A DNA stretch of 64,000 nt, taken from assembly GCA_965205265.1 (NCBI GenBank), contig CBDBGH010000003.1:960001-1024000 (forward strand). Reading direction: 5' to 3'. A program made the translations under genes and the position numbers. Shown here piece after piece: positions 9,570 to 20,495 of this stretch. The first letter of the stretch is position 1. The number at the start of each line of letters is the position of its first letter. The notes under the pieces are model-generated. The model was not told where the DNA came from and made no database searches. It worked only from the letters and a program-made list of their open reading frames with translations. The stretch is from Alphaproteobacteria bacterium (GTDB lineage: Bacteria; Pseudomonadota; Alphaproteobacteria; Bin95).

Positions 9570-10598
9570 ATGCAAAGTTCAGGTGGATGGCATGCGCGAT
9601 TGCGCGCAATTCGCATCCGGGCGAGAGGACGACGCAATGCGTCGTCGGAAGTATATGAGCTTCGTAACGAGGAAACCGTGGGCGCCTTTCTGCGGCGCTG
9701 CCGGCAGATGCGGCACGAAACGCTGAATCATGTCTCCCAGGCGTTACGCATACGAATACCTTACCTAAAAGCGATCGAAGAAGACGATTGGCGGGCGCTC
9801 CCTAATTCGGTTTATGCGCGGGCTTTTCTGCGCAGCTACGCCATCCATGTCGAGGCGGATCCGGACCAGGTGCTGGTCCGCGCGGAAGCGTGGCTCGACT
9901 CAAGACCCGGACCGGACACGCCGCTGCCGCCGTTGCCTGCGCGCGACCGGTCCCTTCCCGGCGGTGCGCTGATAGGGGCCTCGGTGCTGCTGGCGATCGC
10001 GGTTTATGCCGGCTGGTACTATTTCAGCGTCGAGCAACTGCGCGACGAGCGGGTGGTGGCCGCCATGCCGGAGCGGCTGGTGATGGAGCTTGCGCCGTCC
10101 GAGCGCGTGCTGGACATGCCTGCCGCCGTTTCGCGGCCGATCGGCGGCTCGCCGGGGCCGGCGGAGCGGCCGTCGGCGGCGGAAGACGCCGGGCAGGCGG
10201 CGTCCGACCCGGTCGAGGCCGACGACGAAGTGGCGCAAGGAGTAAGCCCGGGCCTGCCGGCCGTTGCCGCGACGAGGCCGGAAGAGCCCTCCGTTCGGGA
10301 GCGGGCGAACAACGGTGCATCCGCCGATGACGGCATCGTGTTCCACGCCGTCGAGCCCGCCTATATCGAGGTTCGCTCCGTCGAGACGAACGAAGTGCTG
10401 GTGGAGCGGCTTCTGGGCGCGGGCGAACGGTATCGGGCGCCGGAAGGCCGCGGGCTGGTTCTGAGCGTCGGCAATGCCGGAGGGCTGGAAATTACGGTGG
10501 ACGGTATCCAGATTCCGAAGCTCGGCGAGTCGGGTGCCGTGGTGCGCCAGGTTCCGATAGACGCCGAACTGCTGCTGCGAGGGCGGACCGGAGGCTGA
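9570..10598 (+). CDS. rodZ: RodZ-like protein (HTH, TM helix, DUF4115); start uncertain
   Basis: LRIRIPYLKAIEE..LP..VYARAFLRSYA, one TM helix, VGNAGGLEITVDG; upstream of ispG. Confidence 0.85.
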   Translation: MQSSGGWHARLRAIRIRARGRRNASSEVYELRNEETVGAFLRRCRQMRHETLNHVSQALRIRIPYLKAIEEDDWRALPNSVYARAFLRSYAIHVEADPDQVLVRAEAWLDSRPGPDTPLPPLPARDRSLPGGALIGASVLLAIAVYAGWYYFSVEQLRDERVVAAMPERLVMELAPSERVLDMPAAVSRPIGGSPGPAERPSAAEDAGQAASDPVEADDEVAQGVSPGLPAVAATRPEEPSVRERANNGASADDGIVFHAVEPAYIEVRSVETNEVLVERLLGAGERYRAPEGRGLVLSVGNAGGLEITVDGIQIPKLGESGAVVRQVPIDAELLLRGRTGG

Positions 10599-10655
10599 CG
10601 GGCCCTTTCCGGCGCGGGAAGCGGCCGATGGAAACAAGCATCCCGAAGGTGCTGA

Positions 10656-11771
10656 ATGAGCGTTCGTCCATATCGTGACATTTATCGCCGGACCTCCCGG
10701 AAAATCCGGGTCGGGCCGGTCGAGGTCGGCGGCGATGCCCCGATCAGCGTCCAGACCATGACCAACACGCCGACCGGCGATGTCGCCGCGACGATCGCGC
10801 AGGTGCGCCGGGCCGCGCTGGCCGGCGCGGACATCGTCCGGGTGTCCTGTCCCGACGAGGAGAGCACCGCGGCGCTGGCGCAGATCGTGCCGGAAGCCGG
10901 CGTTCCCATCGTTGCCGACATCCACTTCCACTACCGCCGGGCCATCGAGGCGGCGAAGGCCGGAGCGGCCTGCCTGCGCATCAATCCCGGCAATATCGGC
11001 TCGGCCGCACGCGTGCGCGAGGTGGTCCAGGCGGCGAAGGACCACGGCTGCTCGATGCGGATCGGCGTCAATGCCGGCAGCCTCGAGCGCCACCTGCTGG
11101 AGAAATACGCAGAGCCCTGCCCGGAGGCGCTGGTCGAAAGCGCGCTGGAACACGCCCGCATTCTGGAAGACAACGACTTCTTCGAGTTCAAGATCAGCGT
11201 GAAGGCGTCCGACATCTTCCTGGCGACGGCCGCCTATCACGGGCTTGCGGAGGCCTGCGACTATCCCCTGCACATCGGCATAACCGAGGCGGGCGGCCTG
11301 CGCACCGGCACGGTCAAGTCCGCCATCGGGCTCGGCTCGCTGCTATGGGCGGGAATCGGCGATACGGTGCGCGTCTCGTTGTCGGCGGACCCGGACGAGG
11401 AGGTTCGCGCCGGCTTCGAAATTCTCAAGGCCCTCGGCCTGCGCCACCGCGGCGTCAATATCGTGTCCTGCCCGTCCTGCGCCCGGCAGCAGTTCGAGGT
11501 CATCGAGACGGTGGCCGTGCTCGAACAACGGCTCGCCCACATCACGACGCCGATGACGGTTTCGGTCATCGGCTGCGTCGTCAACGGCCCGGGCGAGGCG
11601 CGCGAAACGGATATCGGCATCACCGGCGGCGGCAAGGGCACGCATATGGTCTATGTGGCCGGCCTGCCGCATCACCGCATCCAGAACACCGATGTCGTGG
11701 ACCATCTCGTCGGGCTCATCGAGGAAAAGGCCCGGGAAATCGAAGCCGAGCGGGCGCAAGAGGCGGCCTGA
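10656..11771 (+). CDS. ispG: HMBPP synthase
   Basis: [45 protein letters not shown]. Confidence 0.97.
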   Translation: MSVRPYRDIYRRTSRKIRVGPVEVGGDAPISVQTMTNTPTGDVAATIAQVRRAALAGADIVRVSCPDEESTAALAQIVPEAGVPIVADIHFHYRRAIEAAKAGAACLRINPGNIGSAARVREVVQAAKDHGCSMRIGVNAGSLERHLLEKYAEPCPEALVESALEHARILEDNDFFEFKISVKASDIFLATAAYHGLAEACDYPLHIGITEAGGLRTGTVKSAIGLGSLLWAGIGDTVRVSLSADPDEEVRAGFEILKALGLRHRGVNIVSCPSCARQQFEVIETVAVLEQRLAHITTPMTVSVIGCVVNGPGEARETDIGITGGGKGTHMVYVAGLPHHRIQNTDVVDHLVGLIEEKAREIEAERAQEAA

Positions 11772-13009
11772 TGGCGAAGCTTCGTGCCGTTCGCGGCACC
11801 CAGGACCTGCTGCCGGAAGCCTGGGAGCGCCACCGCCATGTCGAGGAGACGGCGCGGCGCGTGACGGCCCTGTTCAACTATCGCAGCGTGGCGACGCCGG
11901 TCTTCGAGTTCACGGAGGTGTTCGCGCGCACGCTCGGCGAGACGTCCGATGTCGTCACCAAGGAGATGTACACCTTCGCCGACAAGGGCGGCGACAGCCT
12001 GACGCTTCGCCCGGAAAACACCGCGGGCGTGGCGCGCGCCTTCATCTCCGGCAATCTCCAGCAGCAGCTGCCGCTCAAATACTTCTACAGCGGGCCGATG
12101 TTCCGCCATGAGCGCCCGCAGAAGGGGCGGCTGCGCCAGTTCCACCAGATCGGCATCGAAGTGCTGGGAGTCGCGGGGCCGGCGGCGGATATCGAGGTCG
12201 TCCAGGCGGGGGCGCATGTGCTCGATGCGCTCGGGGTCCGGGGCCTCACGCGCCTGGAGTTGAACACGCTCGGCGATCCCGACAGCCGGACGGCCTATCG
12301 CGAGGCGCTGGTCGCCTATTTCTCCCGCCGCGAATCGGAGCTTTCGGAGGAGGGGCGGAGCCGCCTCAAGCGCAATCCGCTGCGCCTGCTCGATTCCAAG
12401 GACGAACGCGACAGGGCCGTCTCGGCGGACGCGCCCCGCTACGACGACTACCTGAACGGGTTGTCCGCGGATTTCTTCGCCGAGGTCTGCGAAGGGCTGG
12501 ATGCGCTCGGCATTGCCTATGTTCGCAATCCCCGCCTCGTGCGGGGGCTGGACTATTACGGGCACACGGCCTTCGAGTTCACCACCGACGCGCTCGGTGC
12601 CCAGGGCGCGGTCATAGCAGGCGGACGCTATGACGGCCTGGTCGCCACGATGGGCGGGCCGCCGACGCCGGGCATCGGTTGGGCGGGCGGCATCGAGCGC
12701 CTGGCGATGCTGACGACCGACTATCCGGAAGCCTCTCCGGTGGTCTCGCTCGTGCCGGTCGGGCCGGCGGCCGAGAAGCGGGCGCTGCCGCTTGCCGATG
12801 CGCTGCGGCGGGCGGGCGTCGCCGTAGATCTGGGTATGTCGGGAAACCTCAAGCGCCGCATGCAGCAGGCGAACCGCGCCGGCGCCCGGGTGGCGGTGCT
12901 GCTCGGCGACGACGAACTGGCCAAAGACGTTGCGACCGTTCGCGACATGGAGAGCGGGGAGCAGCGGGAAATCCCGATTGACCGGCTGGCGGCTGCGCTG
13001 GCTCCATGA
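11771..13009 (+). CDS. hisS: Histidyl-tRNA synthetase
   Basis: [50 protein letters not shown]. Confidence 0.97.
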   Translation: MAKLRAVRGTQDLLPEAWERHRHVEETARRVTALFNYRSVATPVFEFTEVFARTLGETSDVVTKEMYTFADKGGDSLTLRPENTAGVARAFISGNLQQQLPLKYFYSGPMFRHERPQKGRLRQFHQIGIEVLGVAGPAADIEVVQAGAHVLDALGVRGLTRLELNTLGDPDSRTAYREALVAYFSRRESELSEEGRSRLKRNPLRLLDSKDERDRAVSADAPRYDDYLNGLSADFFAEVCEGLDALGIAYVRNPRLVRGLDYYGHTAFEFTTDALGAQGAVIAGGRYDGLVATMGGPPTPGIGWAGGIERLAMLTTDYPEASPVVSLVPVGPAAEKRALPLADALRRAGVAVDLGMSGNLKRRMQQANRAGARVAVLLGDDELAKDVATVRDMESGEQREIPIDRLAAALAP

Positions 13010-14064
13010 GCCTCGACGACAAGCTCGACGCCATTCTCGCCCGCCATGCGGAAGTCGGCGCGCGCCTCTCGACGGGCGAGGTGCCCTCCGGCGAACTCGC
13101 GGCCCTGTCGAAGGAGTATTCCGACCTCTCGACCGTCGCCGCGGCGATCGGGGAGCGCCGGGAGCTGGAGCGCGAGGCGGCCGACCTCGAGGCGATGCTG
13201 GAAGACGACGAGCTCGGCGAGCTGGCGGCTTCGGAACTGCCGGAGCTGCGCGACCGGCTGGCGGAGGCCGAACGCGCGCTGCAGGTTCTGCTGCTGCCCC
13301 GCGACGAAGCCGATGCGCGCAGCGCCATCGTCGAGGTGCGCGCCGGCACGGGCGGCGACGAGGCGGCGCTCTTCGCCGGCGACCTGCTGGCGATGTACCG
13401 CCGCTATGCGGAGATGCGGCGCTGGAAGGTGGAGATGCTCTCGCACTCGCAAACGCCGCTCGGCGGCTGCAAGGAGGCGGTGATGTCGGTCGCCGGCAGG
13501 GACGTTTTCGCGCGCCTGAAATACGAGTCCGGCACGCATCGCGTCCAGCGGGTGCCGGAGACCGAAAGCCAGGGCCGCATCCACACCTCGGCCGCCACGG
13601 TGGCGGTGCTGCCGGAGGCCGAGGAGGTCGATGTGCAGATCGACGAGAAGGACCTGAAGGTCGATACCTACCGCTCGCAGGGCGCCGGCGGGCAGCATGT
13701 CAACACCACCGATTCGGCCGTGCGGATCACGCACCTGCCGACCGGCATCGTCGTGCAGCAGCAGGACGAGAAGTCCCAGCACAAGAACCGCGCGCGGGCG
13801 ATGAAGGTGCTGCGCGCCCGCCTCTACGAGCATGAGCGCGCCCAGGCCGAGGCCGAGCGCGCGGCGGAGCGGCGCAGCCAGGTCGGCACGGGCGACCGCT
13901 CGCAGCGCATCCGCACCTATAACTTCCCCCAGGGCCGCGTGACCGACCACCGCATCAACCTCACGCTCTACAAGCTCGACCGGGTCATCCAGGGCGAGCT
14001 GGACGAGCTGATAGAAGCGCTTGCGGCCGAGGACGAAGCGGCCCGCATTGCGCAACTGTCGTGA
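13006..14064 (+). CDS. prfA: Peptide chain release factor 1
   Basis: [15 protein letters not shown] (PxT), [19 protein letters not shown]. Confidence 0.97.
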   Translation: MSLDDKLDAILARHAEVGARLSTGEVPSGELAALSKEYSDLSTVAAAIGERRELEREAADLEAMLEDDELGELAASELPELRDRLAEAERALQVLLLPRDEADARSAIVEVRAGTGGDEAALFAGDLLAMYRRYAEMRRWKVEMLSHSQTPLGGCKEAVMSVAGRDVFARLKYESGTHRVQRVPETESQGRIHTSAATVAVLPEAEEVDVQIDEKDLKVDTYRSQGAGGQHVNTTDSAVRITHLPTGIVVQQQDEKSQHKNRARAMKVLRARLYEHERAQAEAERAAERRSQVGTGDRSQRIRTYNFPQGRVTDHRINLTLYKLDRVIQGELDELIEALAAEDEAARIAQLS

Positions 14065-14876
14065 GCGCCGCGCCCCGGCAGGGCCGGGCCCGGCTGGCGG
14101 CGCTGGCGGAACGGCTGGCGGCGGCCGGCATCGACGAGCCCCGGCGCGAATTACGGCTGCTCCAGCTCGAAGCCGGCGGCGCTGCCTCGCTCGCCGACTG
14201 GCCGGACAGCCCGCATCCTGGCCTGGAGGCGCTGACGGCCCGCCGGGCGGCGCGCGAGCCCTTCTCCCGCATTGTCGGCCGGCGGGAGTTCTGGAGCCGC
14301 GACTTCCTGCTGACGCCGGAGACTTTCGACCCCCGCCCCGACAGCGAGACGGTGGTCGAGGCGGCGCTGGCGGCCATGCCGTCCTTCGCCGCCGTGCTGG
14401 ACCTCGGCACCGGCAGCGGCTGCCTGCTGGCGGCGCTGCTCGCCGAGCGGCCGGAGGCGCGGGGGCTCGGCATCGACCGTTCGCCGGGCGCCTGCCGGGC
14501 GGCGCGGCGGAACCTGGCGGGCCTGCCGGCCGCGGTCGCGGTGGGAGACTGGGGAAGCGCGGTGGCGGGCCGGTTCGACCTCGTGGTCTCGAATCCGCCC
14601 TATATCCCGAGCGCGGACATCGCGGCGCTCATGCCGGAAGTCCGGGACCACGACCCCCGGCTCGCGCTCGACGGCGGCGCGGACGGCCTCGGCGCCTACC
14701 GCGCCATTCTGGCGGACCTTCCGCGCCTGCTGCCTCCTGCCGGGGTTGCGGTGCTGGAACTGGGTTTCGGACAGGCCGGCGCCGTTTCTGAACTCGCCGG
14801 AGCGCAGGGGTTTCGGGTCCAGGACATCCGCGCCGACCTTGGCGGGATTCCTCGTGCCATGGTCCTTGGATTATGA
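14061..14876 (+). CDS. prmC: Release factor glutamine methyltransferase
   Basis: [27 protein letters not shown]; follows prfA. Confidence 0.94.
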   Translation: MSAAPRQGRARLAALAERLAAAGIDEPRRELRLLQLEAGGAASLADWPDSPHPGLEALTARRAAREPFSRIVGRREFWSRDFLLTPETFDPRPDSETVVEAALAAMPSFAAVLDLGTGSGCLLAALLAERPEARGLGIDRSPGACRAARRNLAGLPAAVAVGDWGSAVAGRFDLVVSNPPYIPSADIAALMPEVRDHDPRLALDGGADGLGAYRAILADLPRLLPPAGVAVLELGFGQAGAVSELAGAQGFRVQDIRADLGGIPRAMVLGL

Positions 14877-14886
14877 TCGGCTGACC

Positions 14887-16026
14887 ATGGATTTCGCGCT
14901 TTCCGAAGACCAGCAGGCCTTCCAGGAAGCCGCCCGGCGCTTCGCGGAGGACGTGTTCGCGCCCAATGCCGCGCGCTGGGATGCGGAGTGCATCTTTCCC
15001 AAGGCCGAATTGCGCGAGGCGGCGGCGCTCGGCTTCGGCGGCCTCTATGTGCGCGAGGATTTCGGCGGCACGGGCCTCGGGCGAACGGACGCGGCCGTCG
15101 TGTTCGAGGAACTCGCGGCCGGCTGCACCTCCACCGCGGCCTATATCTCGATCCACAACATGGCCGCCTGGATGATCGACCGCTTCGGCGATGATGGACT
15201 GCGCGAGCGCCTGCTGCCGGACCTCTGCTCCATGGCCAGGCTGGCGAGCTATGCGCTGACCGAGCCCGGCGCCGGGTCGGACGCGGCGGCGCTGGCGACG
15301 CGCGCGGCGCGCGACGGGGACGACTATGTCCTGAACGGCTCCAAGGCGTTCATCTCCGGGGCGTCCGAGACCGATGTCATCGTCTGCATGGTGCGCACGG
15401 GCGGCGAGGGGCCGAACGGCATCACCTGCCTCGCGATAGAGGCGGACTCTCCCGGCCTGTCCTACGGCGCGCAGGAAAAGAAGCTCGGCTGGAACTCGCA
15501 GCCGACGGCCATGGTGCTATTCGACGACTGCCGCGTGCCCGCGGCGAACCGGGTCGGCAGGGAAGGCGACGGCTTCCGGATCGCCATGGCGGGCCTGGAC
15601 GGGGGCCGGATCAACATCGCCGCCTGCTCGATAGGCGCGGCGCGGGCCTCGATGGAGGCGGCGGCCGGCCATATGGGCGAGCGCAAGGCCTTCGGACGGC
15701 GGCTCGCCGATTTCCAGGCGCTCCAGTTCAAGTTGGCGGACATGGCGACCGATCTCGACGCGGCGCGCCTGATGACCTGGCGGGCGGCGGCGGCGCTCGA
15801 CGCCGGGGACCCGGACGCCACCCGCTATTGCGCCATGGCGAAGCGCTTCGCCACGGACGCCGGCTTCGAGATCTGCAATGCGGCGCTGCAGCTCCACGGC
15901 GGCTACGGCTATCTGAAGGACTACCCGCTGGAGCGTTTCCTGCGCGACACGCGGGTCCACCAGATCCTCGAAGGCACCAACGAGATCATGCGCCTGATTA
16001 TCGCGCGCAAGCTGCTGGAGCGATGA
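14887..16026 (+). CDS. Acyl-CoA dehydrogenase (isobutyryl-CoA dehydrogenase-like)
   Basis: [44 protein letters not shown]. Confidence 0.9.
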   Translation: MDFALSEDQQAFQEAARRFAEDVFAPNAARWDAECIFPKAELREAAALGFGGLYVREDFGGTGLGRTDAAVVFEELAAGCTSTAAYISIHNMAAWMIDRFGDDGLRERLLPDLCSMARLASYALTEPGAGSDAAALATRAARDGDDYVLNGSKAFISGASETDVIVCMVRTGGEGPNGITCLAIEADSPGLSYGAQEKKLGWNSQPTAMVLFDDCRVPAANRVGREGDGFRIAMAGLDGGRINIAACSIGAARASMEAAAGHMGERKAFGRRLADFQALQFKLADMATDLDAARLMTWRAAAALDAGDPDATRYCAMAKRFATDAGFEICNAALQLHGGYGYLKDYPLERFLRDTRVHQILEGTNEIMRLIIARKLLER

Positions 16027-17114
16027 AAGACGACATATTGTTCGACCGCAGGGGCGGCCTCGGCCTCGTCCTGCTGAACCGCCCGAAGGCCCTGAATGCG
16101 CTCACCCTGGAAATGGTGGACGCCTTCGACCGGCAATTGCTGGCCTGGGCGGAGGACGCCGCTGTGCGCGCCGTGGTCGCGGAAGGGGCGGGCGAACGCG
16201 CGTTTGCCGCCGGCGGCGACATCCAGAGGCTCGCGCAGGCGGGCCGGGCCGGCGACCCCTATACCAGCACGTTCTTCTGGGACGAATACATCCTCGACTG
16301 GCGGGTGTTCCATTACCCGAAGCCCTATGTCGCGCTGATCGACGGCATCGCGATGGGCGGCGGCGTCGGGGTTTCGGTGCTCGGCTCGCACCGCGTGGCG
16401 ACCGAACGCACGGTATTCGCCATGCCGGAGACCGGCATCGGCTTCTTTCCCGATGTCGGCGCAACATGGTTCCTGCCCCGCCTGCCGGGCCGGCTCGGGC
16501 TCTATCTCGCGCTCACGGGCGCCCGGCTCGGCGGGGCGGACAGCTACCATGCCGGCATCGCGACCCATTATGTGCCGAGCGCGCGGCTGGAGGAGTTGAA
16601 AGCCGCGCTGGCCGCCGCTCCGCTCGACGGCGAGGATATCGAGGTCAACCACGCCGAGGTGAGCGCGGTGCTGGACCGCTTCTCCGAGAACCCCGGCCCG
16701 CCTCCCATCGCGCAGGTGCGCGCTGCGATGGAGCGCTGCTTCTCGCAGCCGTCGGTCGAGGCGGTGCTGGAGGCCCTGGAAGGCGAGGGCGGCGAATGGG
16801 CGGAGAAGACCCGCAAGGCCATGCTGGCCAAGGCGCCGACCTCGCTCAAGGTGGCGTTCGAGCAATACCGGCGCGGCGGCGGGCTCGAATTCGACGCCGC
16901 GCTTGCGCTGGAATACCGCATGTCGCAGGCGTTCATGCGGGGCCACGATTTCTTCGAGGGTGTGCGCGCGCTCATCCTCGACAAGGACAACCGCCCGGCC
17001 TGGCGGCCGGCGGCGCTTTCCGGGGTGACGGCCGACTCGGTGGCAGGCTATTTCTCTCCGGCGGACGAGGAACTGGCATTCGACAATCCCGTTCGCCGCT
17101 TCGGCCGGGTATGA
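16023..17114 (+). CDS. 3-hydroxyisobutyryl-CoA hydrolase (crotonase family)
   Basis: [45 protein letters not shown]. Confidence 0.9.
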   Translation: MKDDILFDRRGGLGLVLLNRPKALNALTLEMVDAFDRQLLAWAEDAAVRAVVAEGAGERAFAAGGDIQRLAQAGRAGDPYTSTFFWDEYILDWRVFHYPKPYVALIDGIAMGGGVGVSVLGSHRVATERTVFAMPETGIGFFPDVGATWFLPRLPGRLGLYLALTGARLGGADSYHAGIATHYVPSARLEELKAALAAAPLDGEDIEVNHAEVSAVLDRFSENPGPPPIAQVRAAMERCFSQPSVEAVLEALEGEGGEWAEKTRKAMLAKAPTSLKVAFEQYRRGGGLEFDAALALEYRMSQAFMRGHDFFEGVRALILDKDNRPAWRPAALSGVTADSVAGYFSPADEELAFDNPVRRFGRV

Positions 17115-17126
17115 GGAGCTGACGGA

Positions 17127-18017
17127 ATGGCGCGGATCGCATTTATCGGGGTCGGCAATATGGGCGGCCCCATGGCCCGAAACCTGATGACGGCCCAGCA
17201 TGCCGTGACCGCCTGGGACCCGGTGGATGCGGCGCTCGACGCCGTCGTCGAGGCGGGTGCTGCGCGGGCGGCTTCGGCGGCCGCGGCCGTCAAGGGTGCG
17301 GAGGCGGTCGTCACCATGGTACCGGCGGGGCCGGAGGTGCGCGAGGTCTATCTGGGCGCGGGCGGGGTTCTGGCGGCGGCGGAGCCGGGAACGCTCCTGA
17401 TCGACTGCTCGACCATCGATGTCGCCACCTCGCGCGACGTTGCGGAGGAAGCGGCGGCGCGGGGCTTCGAGATGGTCGACGCGCCGGTCTCCGGCGGCAC
17501 CGGGGGGGCCATTGCGGGCACGCTCACCTTCATGGTCGGCGGGCCGGATGCGGCCTTCGAGAAGGCCCGCCCGATCCTGGAGCATATGGGCGCGCGGATC
17601 GTGCATTGCGGGCCTGCCGGCAACGGCCAGGCGGCGAAGGTCTGCAACAACATGATGCTGGCGGTCAGCATGCTGGGCGTCTGCGAAGGGTTCACGCTCG
17701 CGGACAATCTGGGCCTCGACCGCCAGACGCTCTTCGATGTCGTCGCGAATTCCTCCGGCCAGAGCTGGGCGGTGACGAGTTACTGCCCGGTGCCGGGCCC
17801 GGTGCCGGCTTCGCCGGCGAACAACGGTTTCCAGCCGGGCTTCACCGCCGACATGATGGTCAAGGACCTGCGCCTCGCCAGGGACGCCGCGATGAAGAGC
17901 GGCACCGGCACGCCGATGGGCGCGCTCGCCGAGGCGCTGATGGCGCTGCATGTGGCCGGGGGCAACGGCCCGCGCGACTTCTCCTCGATCATCGAGACCA
18001 TCCGCGCCGGCGGCTGA
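17127..18017 (+). CDS. mmsB: 3-hydroxyisobutyrate dehydrogenase
   Basis: GVGNMGGPMA, DAPVSGG, GQAAKVCNNM, CPVPG, KDL. Confidence 0.93.
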   Translation: MARIAFIGVGNMGGPMARNLMTAQHAVTAWDPVDAALDAVVEAGAARAASAAAAVKGAEAVVTMVPAGPEVREVYLGAGGVLAAAEPGTLLIDCSTIDVATSRDVAEEAAARGFEMVDAPVSGGTGGAIAGTLTFMVGGPDAAFEKARPILEHMGARIVHCGPAGNGQAAKVCNNMMLAVSMLGVCEGFTLADNLGLDRQTLFDVVANSSGQSWAVTSYCPVPGPVPASPANNGFQPGFTADMMVKDLRLARDAAMKSGTGTPMGALAEALMALHVAGGNGPRDFSSIIETIRAGG

Positions 18018-18034
18018 GGGACGGGGGGAAGAGC

Positions 18035-19141
18035 GTGAAGACGGTCGTCAACAGCTGGAACGAGTGGGACCCGCTGCGCCATGTCATCGTCGGGCGGGCG
18101 GACGGTTGCTGCATTCCGCCGCCGGAGCCCGCGAGCGATCCGAAAATCCCGCTGGACAGCGACATGCGCGGCGTTCACGGGCCCCGCTCGCAGGAGACCG
18201 TGGACAGGGCGAACGAGCAGTTGGATGCCTTCGCCGCCATGCTGGAGAAGCGCGGCATCCGGGTGGACCGTCCGGACCCCATAGACTTCAACCGGGCCAT
18301 TGCGACCCCGGACTGGAGCCACGGATCGATGTTCGGCTGCCAGCCGCCGCGCGACGTGCTGCTGACGGTCGGCTCCGAGATGCTCGAAGCGACCATGTCC
18401 TACCGCTCGCGCTGGTTCGAATATCTCTGCTACCGCCCGTTGCTGAAGCGCTTCTGGGACGAGGACCCGAACATGCGCCATGAGGCGGCGCCGAAGCCGC
18501 GCCTCACGGACGCCTCCTACAAGCCGGACTATCTCTCCGACGACATCACCATTGAGGAGCGCCTGGAGATGGTGGCGGCGAAGGATTTCGTCACCACCGA
18601 GGCGGAGCCGCTGTTCGACGCGGCCGACGTGCTGCGTTTCGGGCGCGACCTCTTCGTCCAGCACGGCTTCACCACGAACCTCACCGGCATCGAATGGCTG
18701 CGCCGGCACTTCCCGGACCACCGCGTCCATGCGCTCAACTTTCCGGGCGACCCCTATCCGATCCATATCGATGCGAGCTTCACGCCGCTCCGGCCGGGCC
18801 TCGTCCTCAACAATCCGGAGCGCCGTCTGCCGGACGAGCAGCGCGAGGTCTTCCACCGTAACGGCTGGGAGATCGTGGACGCGGCCCGCCCGGCGCATAA
18901 CAGCCCGCCGCCGCTCTGCTATTCGAGCGTGTGGCTGTCGATGAACGTGCTGGTGCTGGACCCGAAGACGGTCTGCGTGGAGGCGAGCGAGGTCCACCAG
19001 ATGGACCAGATCGACAGGCTGGGCCTGGAGGTGGTGCCGGTCCCCTTCCGCGACGCCTATGCCTTCGGCGGCGGCCTTCACTGCGCGACGGCGGATGTGC
19101 GGCGCGAGGGCAATTGCGAGGATTATTTCCCGGCAGGCTGA
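18035..19141 (+). CDS. L-arginine amidinotransferase (AGAT-like)
   Basis: VNSWNEWDPL, PRD, FDAAD, HID, GGGLHC (Asp/His/Cys triad). Confidence 0.9.
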   Translation: MKTVVNSWNEWDPLRHVIVGRADGCCIPPPEPASDPKIPLDSDMRGVHGPRSQETVDRANEQLDAFAAMLEKRGIRVDRPDPIDFNRAIATPDWSHGSMFGCQPPRDVLLTVGSEMLEATMSYRSRWFEYLCYRPLLKRFWDEDPNMRHEAAPKPRLTDASYKPDYLSDDITIEERLEMVAAKDFVTTEAEPLFDAADVLRFGRDLFVQHGFTTNLTGIEWLRRHFPDHRVHALNFPGDPYPIHIDASFTPLRPGLVLNNPERRLPDEQREVFHRNGWEIVDAARPAHNSPPPLCYSSVWLSMNVLVLDPKTVCVEASEVHQMDQIDRLGLEVVPVPFRDAYAFGGGLHCATADVRREGNCEDYFPAG

Positions 19142-19240
19142 CTGCCGCATTCATGCCGGCATGCTTCTCTTCCCCTACTTTCCAGCTTTGCAGCACATGA
19201 ACAATTTCCGATACTTCTAAATTTTGTTCCCTGTATGGGC

Positions 19241-19267
19241 TTGACATCTGGCGGATTGTGGTATGAC
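19241..19267 (+). promoter_or_regulatory. Promoter-like site of element copy A
   Basis: TTGACA-N15-TATGAC with TGTGG (extended -10) behind an AT-rich tract; same geometry in copy B. Confidence 0.55.
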
Positions 19268-19345
19268 GGCTCCCAGGGAAGCGGACTCCGGAGCCGCCTC
19301 CCCCGGGTGCTGCGCAGCGCCATTTTTGAAAACACCCGAGAAGCC

Positions 19346-19465
19346 AACGGGAGACGTGCGTCCTGTGCTTCGCGCGCGCAATCAGGCGCGCAAACCGCGC
19401 CGCCGCGAAATGCGCGCCGGCGGGCGCGGGCTCAGGCGCGCAGGATACGCGCGAAACAGGGACCC
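19346..19465 (+). ncRNA. Putative structured RNA/ssDNA motif, copy A
   Basis: Outer stem CCTG..TTCGCGCG / CGCGCGAAACAGG enclosing GGCGCG-CAAAC-CGCGCC and TGCGCGCC..GGCGCGCA hairpins; conserved in three copies. Confidence 0.5.
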
Positions 19466-19490
19466 GCTCCCCGTCGGAGGAGGAGAGACG

Positions 19491-20087
19491 ATGACCGCAA
19501 CCGACCCCCGCCCCGAACTGGCGGCGATGCTGGCCGAAAAGCTGGCACCGGCCGCCGCAGCCCTCGCCGCCGCCTATGCGGAAGATATGAACGCAGCGCC
19601 GCCGCCGGAGGACGACCGCGCCCTTGCCGAACATCACCGCGCCGGACGCGCCGCGCTCTCGCATCTGCGCCAGCTCCTCAACGTGCTCGACTGGGCCGCC
19701 ACCCGCATGCCCGAGCCGGAGCCTTTGCCTGCCGGGGAGACGGCGGACGACCTCGACGACTGGGCGCCGGAGCCGGAACCGGAGACCGGCTATGACGGCA
19801 GCGAGGACGAATACCACTATTTCGACGAGGTCTATGTCGGCAGCCAGCAGACGCCGGAGTTCCGGGCCTGGCATGCGGAGCAGGAGCGCCGCTTCGGGCC
19901 GCTGGTGCCGGACGAGGACAGTTACGACGGCAGCGAGGACTACTACAACTTCGGCGAGCGCCAGTATGTGGGCAAGCTGACCACGCCTGAGTTCTACGAC
20001 TGGCTCGCCCGCCAGGAACGCCGCGAGGCCGCAGAACTCGCCGCAAGAGAAGCCGCAGAAGGAGGCGGGAGCGTCGGCGGGCGGTAG
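19491..20087 (+). CDS. Hypothetical 198-aa protein with a helical N-terminus and two acidic/aromatic repeats
   Basis: Strong RBS GGAGGAGGAG; high GC3; YDGSED..YVG...TPEF..W...QERR twice, 44 aa apart. Confidence 0.75.
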   Translation: MTATDPRPELAAMLAEKLAPAAAALAAAYAEDMNAAPPPEDDRALAEHHRAGRAALSHLRQLLNVLDWAATRMPEPEPLPAGETADDLDDWAPEPEPETGYDGSEDEYHYFDEVYVGSQQTPEFRAWHAEQERRFGPLVPDEDSYDGSEDYYNFGERQYVGKLTTPEFYDWLARQERREAAELAAREAAEGGGSVGGR

Positions 20088-20247
20088 GGCCTCGCGCCGC
20101 AAGGGGCAGCGCTCGCCGAGAGAGGTCCCGGATCGACGCTGACGCGCCGTCCGGGACAACGGGAGAGGCTTGAAAGGAAATCGAAGAGCGGACGGCTTCA
20201 TGCCCGAAACGACTACAGCATATGACTCCGGCGCATACAAAACATGA

Positions 20248-20495
20248 GGGGCTTATATGGATAGGTTGACAACAGGTTTGGGAGGCTTCGCACCTTCTCT
20301 CCGGCGTCCAACCCGCCCCCATATCGTCATACCCGGACTTGTTCCGGGTATCCATGCGGCCGTCCGGCGGCAGCGGTGGAGAGAGATACCCGGAACAAGT
20401 CCGGGTATGACGGAGGGGACGTGACGGAGGGGGCGTTGAGGTATGACGGAAGAAATGTCGTCGGTCTCCCCCGTCAACCTATCCATATAAGCCCC
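20248..20495. mobile_element. 248-bp MITE (IS1595/IS1016-like ends, inferred)
   Basis: Perfect 23-bp TIR GGGGCTTATATGGATAGGTTGAC; 8-bp TSD AAACATGA at 20240-20247 and 20496-20503. Confidence 0.88.
20325..20412. repeat. REP doublet (REPIN/RIME-like hairpin) inside the MITE
   Basis: CGTCATACCCGGACTTGTTCCGGGTATC ... GATACCCGGAACAAGTCCGGGTATGACG. Confidence 0.85.

Noticed and set aside
3870-9575. 1901-aa minus-strand ORF and other long antisense ORFs (e.g. 20526-23321, 41676-44708, 53886-56492)
   Set aside because: Shadow frames of real genes in high-GC DNA; only their embedded parts (ubiG, dppF) carry protein motifs.
20200-20247. 15-aa micro-ORF in the tail (MPETTTAYDSGAYKT in A, MPGTAVVHDRPAWKT in C)
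   Set aside because: Differences are mostly non-synonymous and copy B stops early, so conservation is at DNA level.
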